From the human T2T-CHM13v2.0 reference genome, Homo sapiens: a DNA stretch of 64,000 bases. Below, piece by piece: positions 1 to 13,639 of this stretch. A model generated the notes under the pieces. It saw only the letters and a list, made by a program, of their open reading frames with translations. It made no database searches and was not told where the DNA came from. Each line of letters starts with the position of its first letter. Within the stretch, counting starts at the first letter, position 1. The position numbers were made by a program, and so were the translations under genes. Location of the stretch: the NCBI RefSeq assembly GCF_009914755.1, contig NC_060940.1. One strand, written 5' to 3'.

Positions 1-769
1 AATTCAAGGAACAATTTTTCACAGTCAAATCATCATATTGGTGAACATCAAGGAAATCATTAAAATGTGGAGGATCAGATTTAACCATGACTATGGAATT
101 TAACTCAAGTAACTTCTTTCAACTTATCTCACCACTATAGAATCCTTGCTGGAGTCGCTATGGTCATAAAAATGCCAGCACAAATCTTATCTTGATATAG
201 CCAGCGCTGGTGAATCATATGCCTATGTTAGCTGTTTCAGCTTAATTTATATACTTAATGATTTGACTTTTAAACAAACTACATGTGTCTCCCATTCCAA
301 GACAAAGCAGCTTCCACTCTTACTTGCCAAGCATTGTTTCACACCCTGAAAGGCAAATGTCTTCATGCCACAGTGTTGTGTGAAATGAAAGCTATATACT
401 GGGAAGTCCAGTATACAACAGTCTCTACCAGAAATACTCAATGTCTACATATGCATATACAGTAATATAATCAGGAAAATAGAAATGTCACTTTCTGCTT
501 CCTATGACTTTCATCTTGCTCTTCCTTATTTCACCTGTACCAAAACCATGCATTTCTCACTTACTTGCACATCAATTTCTGCTGGACACTCACAGATCCA
601 AACCATGCATTCCACTTTACTCTCTCATGAAATCAAAGAATCTCTGCGCTGAATAATGTCTTTCAGGTCGCCTGGTTGTATATTTAAATCACCTATAGAA
701 GATTCCCTATCTTAGAGTCTCTGCTTTATAATGGGAGAGGTATTTGAAGTGGTCCAAATCACAGGTGCT

Positions 770-980
770 GGGGGCTAGCACCTCTAAACCCAGCTCCCTC
801 ATATGAATGGGCGATCTTGGTAATTTGCTTACCTCTGTTAAGACCCAATGTCATCATATGGAAATAATAATAGAAATAATGGTGTCAACCTCCTGGGACA
901 TTAGCACAAAATTCATGAGGCAATGCCTATACAGTGAGTTTAACACAAAGCTATGTTTGTGTGGTAGAAGCTCAATAACT
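770..980 (+). mobile_element. MIR SINE relic
   Basis: Degenerate MIR core (cccagctcc...gcgatcttggtaatttgcttacctctg...catcatatggaaataataatag). Boundaries approximate. Confidence 0.6.
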
Positions 981-1559
981 GATAAGATCTATGTATCTAT
1001 CTATATGTCCATATTTATATTTCTATTTTCAATAAAGTTTCATTTAATTTTATAGCTACTACACACTGAAAAATGTAATCAGGATAATACAGAATGAAAG
1101 AAGAAAAAAATCACACATAATTTATCCAATGAGATGCAAATTTTATTGAATTTGGTGCTCTTCCCTTTAAGCTTTTTTCCACTGAATGTTTTTCTTTTCC
1201 ATAGCTGAGATCATATTATGTATATATTTTGGAAACACATTTTTAATATTATAACATAAATAATTCCCCATGTTACTAAAAATGCTACATAAACATCATC
1301 ACTAACGTTTAAATTTTCACCATGCAGTCTTACCCCAATTTAATTAACTATGCCCCTGTTTTTGAACATTGAGGACAGACATATTTTTCAAGCTACATTT
1401 GCATAAAACATGAGAACTATCTATATTGACACAGGGTTTGTTGGAAAGGAAACAGGGTAATATACACTTAACATGACCAGGCGAAAAATGATATTGGATA
1501 AGATACAACAAACGGTCTTTCTTCTAGTTTTTGATTATATTAATATTAATATTATTACC

Positions 1560-1770
1560 AATAATAACATGTATGTAAGTGCCTACTATGTGCCAGGCAT
1601 GCTGCATTATTTAACTTTGTCATACAAAAAGACTCGTGAGGTAGGTTTCATAGAAGAGGAAACTGAAGCATAAGAGGTGTAAGCAAAGCTCATGTCACTA
1701 GTGACTGAGTCAGAATTTGAATCTAAATATGTCTGCCTAAAATATTCTTGTCTTTTCACAAAATCCAGTG
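1560..1770 (-). mobile_element. MIR SINE relic
   Basis: gtgcctactatgtgccaggca...gtgaggtagg...agaggaaactgaagcataagagg...gaatttgaatctaaatatgtctg is typical reverse-strand MIR. Confidence 0.7.
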
Positions 1771-1959
1771 GCCAGACTACTTCAGTCTGCCCATGATTCT
1801 CACTTTGGGGTCAGGTGGACCCCCTAATAGCCATAGCAAAGGTAAGTTTCTTGATTAGATTCCAAAAAATACACAGATGCTAATAAAAAACAAACAAACA
1901 AACAAATAAAAAAAACACACACAAAGAAAACCTTTTTTATAAAAGAAGGAAATGCAGCT

Positions 1960-2412
1960 AAACTCCGTGTGACAGGTTTAGTCCAAGCCAATTGTGGTGA
2001 CCCCATTCCCTCTGCCAGTGATAGATTTGATAATGGGCACATGACCTAATTCTGGCAAATAAATTTTGAGAAGATTTCTTTTGAGAAAAAGAAACAGGGC
2101 AGGAATTCTGGGAAACAATTCTTCATGATGAAGAGTACCAATAAGTAATGATCCTTCTTCTTCCTCTTCACTTTTTTGTCTGGGCATAACACCTGGAACT
2201 GCTACAAAGTCCTTGTTCCTGGGTTGAACATGAAGTTAGCACAAAGAATGTCAATGTGGAGGCATCATACAAATATGAGTCATTAAAGATCTGTCACATT
2301 ATCCTACCTCTGGACTTGATGTTATAGAAGATAATGAATTTCCTTATTGGTTCAGTCTATTTTGAGTAAGGTCATCTGTTACTTGCTGCTAAAGGCATTC
2401 TATCTGACTTCA
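1960..2412 (+). mobile_element. Ancient ERVL-type LTR (LTR16/LTR33-like)
   Basis: aagccaattgtggtgaccccattccctctgccagtgatagattt...gggcacatgacctaattctggc, and a 3' end tctgttacttgctgctaaaggcattctatctgac, resemble old ERVL LTRs. Confidence 0.55.
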
Positions 2413-2895
2413 AGAGGATCTTTAGTAGCCTAAGACTCTTAACTCTATCTATCATTGCATTACACTTATTAAGTGTGTAAGGATTTTTACCACATTTCTA
2501 CATCTATCATCTAAAGAGAAATGCATAACTTACCCCTGATGGTTTTTGGACAAACTTCATTATTCCATTTAAGTAACGGAAATCTGAAAATTACAAAAAC
2601 TAAGTAACTTGAAGAAAGTGGCTTGAATAAGTATCTGTGTCAGAATTTCAACAACAGTACCCTGGCACCAGGGTGCACGTTTTCATGTGAATTCACATAT
2701 AAACTCACGTTTGGATTCTGCCATATGGTAGCCTCAATACTTTTATGTTCACCATTCCACTTGATTTTTGACATCAAATCTATCACTTTGCAAATGCTGT
2801 TTTATTATGTCCACTCTTTAATATACTGTAGTCCAAGAAGGCATGTGAGCTTTTCAAGGTGACATAGCAAGGAAAGAGAAATGGGCAAGACCCAC

Positions 2896-3277
2896 TGTTC
2901 TGGAATCAATGTTTTTGATGTCCTCCTGGATTCATTTGTTGAAACTTTGCCCATCCATGTGATGCTATTAGGGAGTTGGATTTTGGGAGGTAATTAGGAT
3001 TAGTTGAGATCATGAAGGTGGAGTCTTCATGAATGGGATTAGTCTTATAAGAGTCAGAATTGAGCTTGCTTCCCTCTCTCTGCTGTCAGACTAGTGAGAA
3101 TCCAATGAGAAAGCTACAGTCTGCATCTGGAAGAGGACCCTCACTAGAACCTGAGCGGGCTGGAACCCTGATGTTGGACATCCAGCCTCCAAAACTGTGA
3201 GAAATGTATTTCTGTTGTTTTTAAGCCATTTGGTCAATAATATTTTTGTTACAGCAGTCCAAGTTGGCTAGGATGCC
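2896..3277 (+). mobile_element. MLT1A-like MaLR solo LTR
   Basis: gggaggtaattaggattagttgagatcatgaaggtggagtcttcatgaatgggattagt...ccctcactagaacctgag...tccagcctccaaaactgtgagaaat...ttgttacagcagtccaag. Confidence 0.8.
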
Positions 3278-3339
3278 TACCCTGATGCATAAAAACAGAT
3301 CTGCTGTAGCAAAACAGTATTGTTCACCATGCAGCACTC

Positions 3340-3740
3340 TTTCTTTCAGTCTCTTTCATAGTAGAGTTAAGGTCATGTGGCTAGTCTGGCCAATGGGCTA
3401 TGAGCAAAATTGGTATGAATTATTCTTGGCCCAAGGTAGTTAGAAAAGGATGTAATTTCTTTATGGTCTCTCAGACGTTTTCCATTATTTTCATGGCTGG
3501 AAGTGAAGAGCACCACCATTCCAGAGTTGCTGAAATGAAGCAGCCAAGGCCCAGCTTAGATGTCCCAATTGATGATGGATGAGAGTGTTAAACCTCCATC
3601 CTGCACAGGATGGAACACCAGGAGCCCCAAATCTACGTGTAAGTTAACATTAGTATGAAATTAAATCTGACATGTTCAGCCACTGAAATTTTGGGTGTTT
3701 GTGTTACTGCAGCACATATATCCTATTCTAACTAATTCAG
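3340..3740 (+). mobile_element. Old MLT1 (I/J/K-like) MaLR LTR
   Basis: ggtcatgtggctagtctggccaatggg, and a terminal cagccactgaaattttgggtgtttgtgttactgcagca...ctattctaactaat. Confidence 0.55.
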
Positions 3741-4724
3741 CTGCTAGAATGCCAATAGCTGGTTGGTTTAACCAGTACCTAAGGAGAGGTTTCGTTTAAC
3801 TTTTGAATACCTGGTAGACCATTTCAATGTATAGTATCTTTCTAGGTTTTCAGCCTCTACTTTAAAGTCCTTGGATACAAAGTGCTGGTGCTTTTTAAAG
3901 CTCTTTCTTTACTTTGTTTTACATGGGTGAATAGTTGCTTTATTTATTATGCAGTTGGTGGTGGTTATGGAGAATTTTTCTTCACTATGCTTCAGATTTA
4001 TAGAGCTGGGCTGCCCTTTTATTAGGCAATATATTCAGTTTGGCATTCTTAGGTGCCTAGAGAATTTGGCATAGATATACTTTTATCATAAAAAAATTCT
4101 CATAATTATTATTATTAGCATACCCTGTTGTTTATCAAACTCGAGTGCAAAAAAAATGCATATGTAGTTTTGAGAGCCTAAGTCTTTTGGTCTTTGAGTA
4201 GAATAAAGAATGGCATAAATATTCCTGAGGCTTAGTGAATATACTCGCCAAAAAATTACATGAACTACTAAAATTACAAATAGAGTATTGCTGCTGGTAT
4301 CCTTGAAACTAAGGTTTCCCTACTGTACAATGGATTTAACACACATATATTTCCCTATTATACCTCCAGGGCATAGCTACAATTTACTTGAATCTTGAAA
4401 GCATCAAATCCCGACTGACTGCTCCTGGGGAAAAAAGAAAAGCTCCATCTTTCACCCCTAACATTGCAGAGCCTAAGGAAACATGGGCAGTCACCTAGTT
4501 GGAACTCCATAAATTACAATTTAAAAAAGCCAAGAGAATAGGAAATAATTGTCAAAAGGTGGCAAAAGTAGTTAGGATCCAGCCCCATGTTTTTCTCTAT
4601 TTTATGTCTTCTTCTAGATCTCAAAAAAAGAAGCAACGGGACCACATCATGCGTCCTTCCTCCTGCTTTCTAAAGCAACGGTCATCTTCCTCCATATCTT
4701 AGGTTTAACAATAGGAAAATATAG

Positions 4725-5115
<391 letters not shown>

Positions 5116-7133
5116 TCAAAACTAAACTACAGGTTTTGTTTGTTTGTTTGTTTGTTTCTTTTTAATTCTCACAACAATCCAATGAGATGGAGGTCACCAT
5201 TTTAGAAGGTTCAGAAAAATTAAGTGATTAGTCCTGAGTACATGGAGAGCAAGAGATAAAGACAGAATTCAGAGTCAGATCCCTTCTCTCCAGTGGTCCT
5301 ATGTAACACTGTCCTCAGGAACAAAATAAAGCGTCATTATGCCCATTTTACAGAAAGAAAGCTGAGTCAAAAAATGTTAAGCAAATCATTTAAAATATCA
5401 CATTAACTCAGTGACTGAGCTGGAACCAAGTATGCCAAAATTTCCAATGATCAGAGATTATTTTTTGCTCCTAGCTAACCCATTATTCTCTTTGTTGAAT
5501 TTAGTGGCATAAGAAGTGAAGAATGGAATGAGTATGGTCAGAAATACATTTTGTTCTCATTTTAAACTTTTGTTTTCCAGATAAAATGAAGTGTCTACAT
5601 AGTATGGGTATCTCACCACTTAGAACGTATCCAAGAATTTTTTTTATTATTATTTTTATAAGGCTAGCGAGGAGGTTGTCTGGCATATGACAGCACTCAC
5701 TGAGGTTTTGCTATTGTCTTTGGAAAGAGGGCTGTAACCACAAGAGCCAGGCAAGATCCAGACATGGAGAAATTCAGAAAGTTGCCGTGAGACCTCATGC
5801 CTTGTGATCTGTCTCATAGGAATCTCTAAGCATCACCTCTTCAGCAGAACACTTGTGTCCTCATAAATTATTTATTTCAGAGCCTACTTACTTCTGAGAT
5901 AAAGGTGATCGGCCCAAAGTCATAGAATTTAGACAATGAATGATCTTAAAAAGTAGCAAGTATGCTATCTCATTTTGCAGATGAGAAAGCTGTGATTTCA
6001 GAGAGGAGCAGTAGCTTATCAAAGGCCGTGCAAGTCAATTTGTGACAAAGTGTAAACCAGACAAAAGGTTATCACAAGGCTCATATCATGGCCAGCTGAA
6101 TGACTGAAAACCTGGATATATACTCTATAAACAATGTCATGGTGCTGTGGCGCAAAGAAAGTTGAATTGCAGAAAAAAAGAAGAGTGTGATGGTAACTCT
6201 AAGCCAAAGGCAGAGGAAGAGAAAAAAAAAAGGTAATTAAAAAAATTACTGTGTATTCAGTTAGCCAGCATTTATTAGTCACCTCCTCTGTGGGAAAGCA
6301 TAACCCTATGCTCAGGGCGGTGAGGGGACAAAGTGATTACACTGACCCTGTCTTTAAGGAACTTAATGTTTTCTTAGGGAAGCATCCACCTAGTCACAAA
6401 GGTTGGAAGAGTTACATTTTGGAAGAGCAGTACAGATAAATTGGTTTAGAGAATCAGAGAAAGAACAGATGTCAGAGATGATCAATCATTGTCAGCCTAC
6501 TAAACTGCAAGGAAATCTGCTCATAATTTGGGGGAAGGTCTTATGTTGTTAGAGTTCCTGCAATTCCTCCAGCTTGGGAAGACACACTAAAAAATACAGA
6601 GCAGCTGGTTAAAAAAAAAAAATGTGTTATGCCTTCTCTTCACCACCGCCCTCCATCCACACTTCCTCCTCAGACTCTCCTTGCATATTCTTTTTCCATT
6701 CAAGCCTGCCTTATGAGTTCACCATAACTTAATTTCACATTTATTGATGTCTACTCTCTGTCTGCTGACCACAGAAGAGGCTATTTTATGTACATCTCAT
6801 CAACTGCTTACCACATAGTAGACACATGATGTAACTAACTCCATTTACATATGGGAAAAAGGGGATAGAGATTTTAAGCCGTTTGCCAAAAGTCACACAG
6901 CTAGAATGCACTGGAGACTGGATTTCAATCTCGAAAACAAAGCTCCAACTATGAAGGAAAATAAAATGATCAAGTGAACTACATAAAATAAAAAATATAC
7001 ATGCATAAAATACATCATTAAATCTATCTGTAAACTTATCCAAATGATAAATATAAATATAGCTTAAATATTTACCTTAACGTCTTAATTATAGCCTAAA
7101 CATCATCTATATATCTATTTACCTAGATGAGAC

Positions 7134-7139
7134 AGACAC

Positions 7140-7172
<33 letters not shown>

Positions 7173-7190
7173 GAGAAAGACAGAGAAAGA
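7134..7190. repeat. (CA)n/(GA)n compound microsatellite
   Basis: Direct reading of the sequence. Confidence 0.9.
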
Positions 7191-7560
7191 AAATTTACAT
7201 CTTAAATTATATTTATTTATTTCCATACACGATTACTGAATATTGGAGGCATGAGGACACTATTCTCACAAAGTCCTGCCACATAAGGCAAGTCAATTTC
7301 CCCTTCTTGAGCTTCAGAAAAAAACAAAAGCTGATAAAAATGAAGAAATATGCAATGAATTAAATAAAATATGTAGATGTCAGCTTCAAACATTTCTGGT
7401 TGCAAAATCCAGGTTCAATATTTTACTAGCTTCTGAACAAGTAACTTCATCATTTTGTAACAGTATTGTCATCTGCAAAACAGGAAAACGATAGTAAATA
7501 TCTTACATGGCTGTGCAAACATTAAACAAAATTGTGTATTTAAAATACTGACTACATTTC

Positions 7561-8410
7561 TGTTTAGAAAAAAAAAAAACTCAAACTGTGCTATTCCCTC
7601 ACTGCCACACCAACATAAAAATAATCAATACAGATGACTTCTGTTAAAAAATGGGGTTTGGGGAGGGGTTCTTGTCACCACCACAGTTACTTATGCAGTA
7701 GGCACCAACTGGGTGTCTTCCAGTTCAATTCTCATATTGTCTACCTGGAGAGAGTGTCAGATCTCACAGGTTGAGGGCTCAGTCTCAAGACATCCCCCCC
7801 TCCGTTGAGACACCAGTTCCAAGTCCAGGTCTCTGGAACTTCTGTATGACAGGCTTCAAGTTGGGGTTCCCACAACCCCCTCTTTGGGTTTGATTAATTT
7901 GCTAGAGAGGCTCACAGAACACTTACCAATTTATTATAAAGTATACGACAAAGGATACAGATGAGGAAATGATTAGGGCATGGTATGGGGAGAGGGGCAC
8001 AGAGCTTCCATGCCCTCCCTGGGTGCATCACCCTCCAGGAACCTCCATGTGTTTAGCGATCTAGAAGCTCTTGAGCCCCACCTTCTCAGGTTTCTATGTA
8101 GGCTTCATTATATAGGCATGGTCAACAACCATATAGAAATGCCACTGGACAAAAATCATATGATCGAAACCCAGCAAGGCCTGCCAGAATTTTCTTGGCC
8201 TCTCTGTGTAGCATTCCTTCCTCTAGTATATGGGGCAAGACCCTCTCTGGAATGAGCATCTTTTGACCCAAAGTTGGATTAGAGACCTACCTTGGGCTGG
8301 TGGAAGGAGGACAGGAGAGTGTCGGAAAGAGAGATTCTGTTTCCTGATGCCTGCCTCTGAGGCCTAGAAGCACCCTCACATTATAACAAGGGCCATGGGA
8401 GTTATGAGCT
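7561..8410 (-). mobile_element. MER21-family LTR
   Basis: ctacctggagagagtgtcagatctcacaggttgagggctcagtc...ttggggttcccacaaccccctctttgggtttgattaatttgctagagaggctcacagaac matches recalled MER21. Orientation inferred. Confidence 0.8.
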
Positions 8411-8679
8411 TCCTTTTGGACATGAATTTAGGAAAGGACAGAGCATGTAAGTGTTTTGTAGAAGTAAAAGCCTCACTCACTACCAGTGAGAGAAGAAAGC
8501 AAAAATTTCAACTACATCAGGAACGATAACCAGTTGCATATGTGCTGACTACCTAAAGAAATTCGCATAAGTGATTGAGACAACCTAAATTGAATTAAAA
8601 CCTAAAGTAAATTGAAATGTCCCTGATTCTGATGAGCTTGGAGAGCTGACGCTGGCTCCTCCTTAGAGAGTGGGTATCC

Positions 8680-8990
8680 CTTTAAATGCCCACTTCCTCA
8701 GAGATTTCTTGACCTCCCTGAAAAGATAAAGTCTTGTTAAAAGGATTTGAAGAATCCCATAGTTCTCCTTCACACTGTCCATTTTCTAAGACCCTGTACT
8801 TCACTCTGAGATCATCTGTCATCTTAGATAGTATGCAATCATTTTGAATGGTCTCTGCTTTCTGTCTCTATCACTGAATGGTAAGTCATATGGGGGCAGA
8901 GACATATCTCTCTTGTTCAAAATTTGCCCTTATCTTGCCTATGACAACACCTGGCACAAGTGGCAAATAAAATAAGGTGAAAATAAGCAT
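8680..8990 (+). mobile_element. L2 LINE 3' relic
   Basis: tttaaatgcccacttcctcagaga...gtaagtcatatgggggcagagacatatctctcttgttc...acacctggcacaagtgg. Confidence 0.55.
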
Positions 8991-9155
8991 GACAGTGATC
9001 GTTAGGGAATGAAAGGAAGGAGAAAGAGAGACAGAAATGTGGGAGAAGGAGAGATGCTGGGGTTTCATGCTAATCTTTTAAATCCAGATTTAGAACTTTT
9101 CCTTTTATTGCACCAGATTCCGTCCTTCTCTTCTATTTTCCTCAATTTGTAAACT

Positions 9156-9437
9156 TTTGTTTGTTTGTTTGTTTGTTTGAGACAGAGTCTTGCTCTGTGG
9201 AGAGCACTGGTGAGATCACATCTCACTGCAGTCTTGATCTCCCAGGCTGAAGAGGTCCTCTCAAGTAGCTGGGAGTACAGCTGTGCACCACCACACCCAG
9301 CTAATTTTTGTATTTTTGGTAGAGATGGGGTTTCACCATGTTACCCAGGGTAGTATCAAACTCCTGAGCTCAAGCAATCTGCCTGCCTCTACCACCCAAA
9401 TTGCTGGGATTCTAGATATGAGCTGCTGTGCCTGACC
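9156..9437 (-). mobile_element. AluJ (diverged, internal deletions)
   Basis: AluJ-type ctcctgagctcaagcaatct, (TTTG)n tail, TSD taaactttt on both sides. Confidence 0.9.
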
Positions 9438-9570
9438 ATTTTAAACTTTTTAAAAAAAGTAGTTCAGATTATTGTGCAGCTACATGTGGGGCTGGCATTT
9501 TAGAAAGTGTGGGGGAAGCTTTTTATACTGGCTGGCTTGATGCATAATTTGACTAACACATCAAACATAG

Positions 9571-9915
<345 letters not shown>

Positions 9916-12479
9916 CTATCATTGGCTCACTTTTAGTTGAGCCCAAATAAGGCACTCCCCCAAATAAGGGGGAGAAAAGTGATGAGCTTGCCGACAGCTA
10001 ATCTCGGCCACCTTGATAAGGTTAGCAGATTTAAGAACTACAACACCACTTCAAGGGTGGAAATGGGTGCTTTTAACAGACAACATTCTTTGAACCTGAA
10101 TCTGCTTCAGTCATGGGTCACCTTAATCCTTCCCTAGATTGAGGAGTCAGTCTCCTAATGTTTGCTTTTTCCAGGCATATCTTTACAGACAATCGGAAAT
10201 ACACTAAACTCCAAGAATGAGTCCAGCCCATGCGACATCACTGTACACACAGCATTTTCTCTGGCTCATGTTGTTGATATGGGCTGGTCTACTACCCTGT
10301 CTCAGTCATCACCCCTGGTTATCAGGCAAGGCCCCAGCATTTTCTAGATACCTGTTAGTACCTGGCACACTGCCAGAAGGAACCTCAGAAGATGAACCAT
10401 CATCCTTCCCTCCCATTTTAATATAATGATTGAATTGGGGCCAGAGAGGAGAAATGACTTGGCTGAAGCCTCAGATTGTGAACCATTATGATAGAGCTAT
10501 ATCTAGAACCAGGTACCCTTGATCAAAATTGAGAAACAGGTATGCTTAACCTGAGTCAGGTCTACCACTGGGAGAAAATTCCAACTTTTAAAAAATTTTT
10601 CTTTCTTTCTTTTTTTAAATGCATTGTAGATACTGGAACAGGCCCAAGTGGCAGGGCCACTTCCATGGCCAAATATCCGGGTCCTCATTACACAAAGTCA
10701 CTGATCCTTCTCGTACTTTTTCCCTTAGTCAACAGAAAAGGGAAGGGGCCGCCTCTCTTCTCCTATTTTCATTAAAGCCCAGGCTCAGGGGAAAAAAATG
10801 GCTCTCTCTCCACCCCAACACACACATATGTCTTGATTTAAACTAAAACTTGAGGTCTACTAAATAACCCACTAAATACAGGGGCACACAGGATGTAGAC
10901 TGTTTAAATCCTATTATAGTTCATTTTAATGTAAATTTAGTGATCACTAAGGGGTGCCCTAAAGGTGGTGACTCTGATCCCTGGTGCAACTGCTCTCCCC
11001 AAACATCTTGGAAAAATAAACAGAAAGAAACGAGGTCCACATTTTTCATGTCTGTTAACTTTGCCACATGAGGCAACCACCTAGGTTTCTGTAATAAGCA
11101 ACTGTTATAATTAAGCCCTTTTCTCCCCCATGCCACACTGGTGCTCGGAGTCTGCAGGGAGCGATAAGAGAGTTCTGTTCTACTGAATGTTTTGACATTG
11201 TCTTTTGAAATGCACAGCTATAGAATATAAAACCTTTTTTTATTTGGGTTGTGGGAGACTGAAAATTGTATAAGCAATTATATGTGAATTGGAAATGCAA
11301 TCTTAAATGTTGAACAAAGGTATATTTTCTCCTAATTCCAATGAAGCTGTATTTTTCTAATGGACTCCCATGATTCAAACATATATAAAGAGAGAAAAAA
11401 ATATGTTTAATCTTCCAGTTGGTTATAAGACCCTGGTATACAGAAGAACTGTATAACAGTATGGGGGTTTATAATCCCCTAGCAGGAGGATTAGAAATTT
11501 GCAATGAGAGAACTCCTTCATCTTGCACTTACGTAACTTCACATTTTTAAGATTTAAATTGTACAAATCAAAAAAAAGAAGATCATTTTGTTCTTTTCTA
11601 AAGGGTACTCATAGATAAATGATGACTGGCTACAGCCTATTGAATGTTTGAAACATTTGTAGAATGTAATTTATTCATACTAAATACATCAGAAAAGTAA
11701 CTCTAGTGTTAAATTACAGCATGAAGAAATTAAAAGGGAGAAGGGAGCAGTTGGGTTTAAGTGGATACTCTGAGGTTTGTAGAAAATGTCGAAAGGGTTC
11801 AAATGTTCCTAATGTGAAAGTAAATATTTGGGCATATTGCAGGAAGGCTTTCTCTCAGTGTAAGATAATAAAGTTTTTCATGGGATATGGTAGAAAGAAA
11901 AAACTGTTTAGTCTAGTTCATTTAATTTCCATGTGCTTTATTAATAAATGATTATACCCCAAAGATGATGTTCTTACTCACTTTCTTTCTTATTCAACTC
12001 TAGTTCCCCATAAAGTTTATTCTCCAGTGAGTCAAGCAATCTTTATTTTCGTTTTCCTTACTGATTTTTCTTCATTTAGCAGAAATTTCACTGGAGCAAT
12101 AAGACACATATCCTTGGGAATTTGAGGACCAGAGGCTAATAAGGAGTCCATGGTTGATAGGATCTAGGAATACACAGACACTGCTGTCATCTAGCCCAAA
12201 TTCCTTCCCATTGTTCCAAGAGTTATAGGCACAACTAAGGTAAAGACAGGCAAAATATCAATTTGCAAATTCATGACTCCAGCCTTAAACTTAGTATGCT
12301 GAGCTGGGTTAAATGGATAATTATTTTTGCTATGGTTTGAAATTTTTAATGATACCTCTCTTTAAACCCTAAGTTGCATCTTGGAATTTATCACTTTAGT
12401 AAGTCTAAAATAACAACGTGTTACTACAAGAGCAAAAAGTATATACAAAATAAAACAAAACAAAAAACATACGACCGAA

Positions 12480-12812
12480 TAATCAAATCAAACAGAAATG
12501 TTTAACCCTGAAGGGAATAATACATATGTCTATAATTCTATCCACAAGTTTACCTAATATCCACACTGCCACCTGGTAAATGTCTGGGAATTGAAACAAC
12601 AAGATCAGCATATATTTTCCTCCAAACTGAAACAGAAGAAAGCTTAGCAGAATATATCTATGACTTCAGGAGCAGAAAAAAGTTTTCTTACACAGGACAC
12701 TAAAAGGTCTAATCATATTGAAAAAACAAAAAAGATAAACTAGGCAACAATAAAACTTAAACACTCTATCATAAAAAAACTCTATCTGTCTAAATGAAGC
12801 AGGGAGGAAGAA

Positions 12813-12847
<35 letters not shown>

Positions 12848-12879
12848 TATATAGCATTATGTTAATATTGGGGGAATCT
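12480..12879 (+). mobile_element. Old L1M fragment(s) with (TA)n(CA)n tract
   Basis: L1-like gaatatatctatgacttcaggagcagaaaaagttttcttacacaggacac and gttaatattgggggaatct, which resumes after the LTR8 as gagtaaggggttgatga. Confidence 0.5.
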
Positions 12880-13589
12880 TGTAACCACCTGATGGGTTCT
12901 TCCTACCTGCTGCACAAACAAAATCAACTTACTAAGACCAAGCATTGCAGTAAAGAAAGAGTTTAATTGATGTGAGGCCAGCCACACCATGTGGGAGATG
13001 GGGTTATTACTCACATTAATCTCCCCAAGAACTTGGGGATCAGAGTTTTTAAGGATAATTTGGTTTATAGGGAGTAGGAAAATGGGGAGTGCTGATTGGT
13101 CTGGTCAGAGATGAAATTATAGGGAGTCGAAGCTGTCCTCTTGTGTTGAGTCAGTTCCTAGGCGGGGGCCGTGAGACCGGATGAGCCGGTTTATCAATCT
13201 GGGTGGTGATCCATCGAGTACAGGGTCTGGAAAATATCTCTACCACTGCTCTTAGGTTTTACGATAGTGATACTATCCCCAGGAGCAATTTGAGGAGGTT
13301 CAGAATCTTGGAGTCTCCAGCTGCAGGATTTCTAAACCATAATTGCTAATCTGGTGGCTAATTTGTTAGTTCTGCAAGGCAGCCTAGCCCTCCAGCAGGA
13401 GGGGAGTTTGTTACCATTTTTGCTTCAAAGTTAGACTGTGAACTCCAAGTTTCTTCCAAAGTTAGTTCAGCCTACACCAGGGAATGAGAAAGGACAGTGT
13501 GGAGATGAGAAGCAAGATGGAGGCAATTAGGTCAGATCTCTTTCACTGTTACAATTTTCTCAGTTATAATTTTTGCAAAGGTGATTTCA
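12880..13589 (-). mobile_element. LTR8/LTR8A ERV1 solo LTR
   Basis: The reverse complement begins TGAAATCACCTTTGCAAAAATTATAACTGAGAAAATTGTAACAGTGAAAGAGATC (LTR8 5' end). TG...CA termini and exact 4-bp TSD ATCT. Confidence 0.9.
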
Positions 13590-13639
13590 ATCTGAGTAAG
13601 GGGTTGATGATATTTTCTTTAGTTCTTTGCAATGTATAT

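Noticed and set aside
12560-12582. CTCF-like site (reverse ttaccaggtggcag)
   Set aside because: It lacks the conserved 5' CC of the core motif, so the match is too weak.
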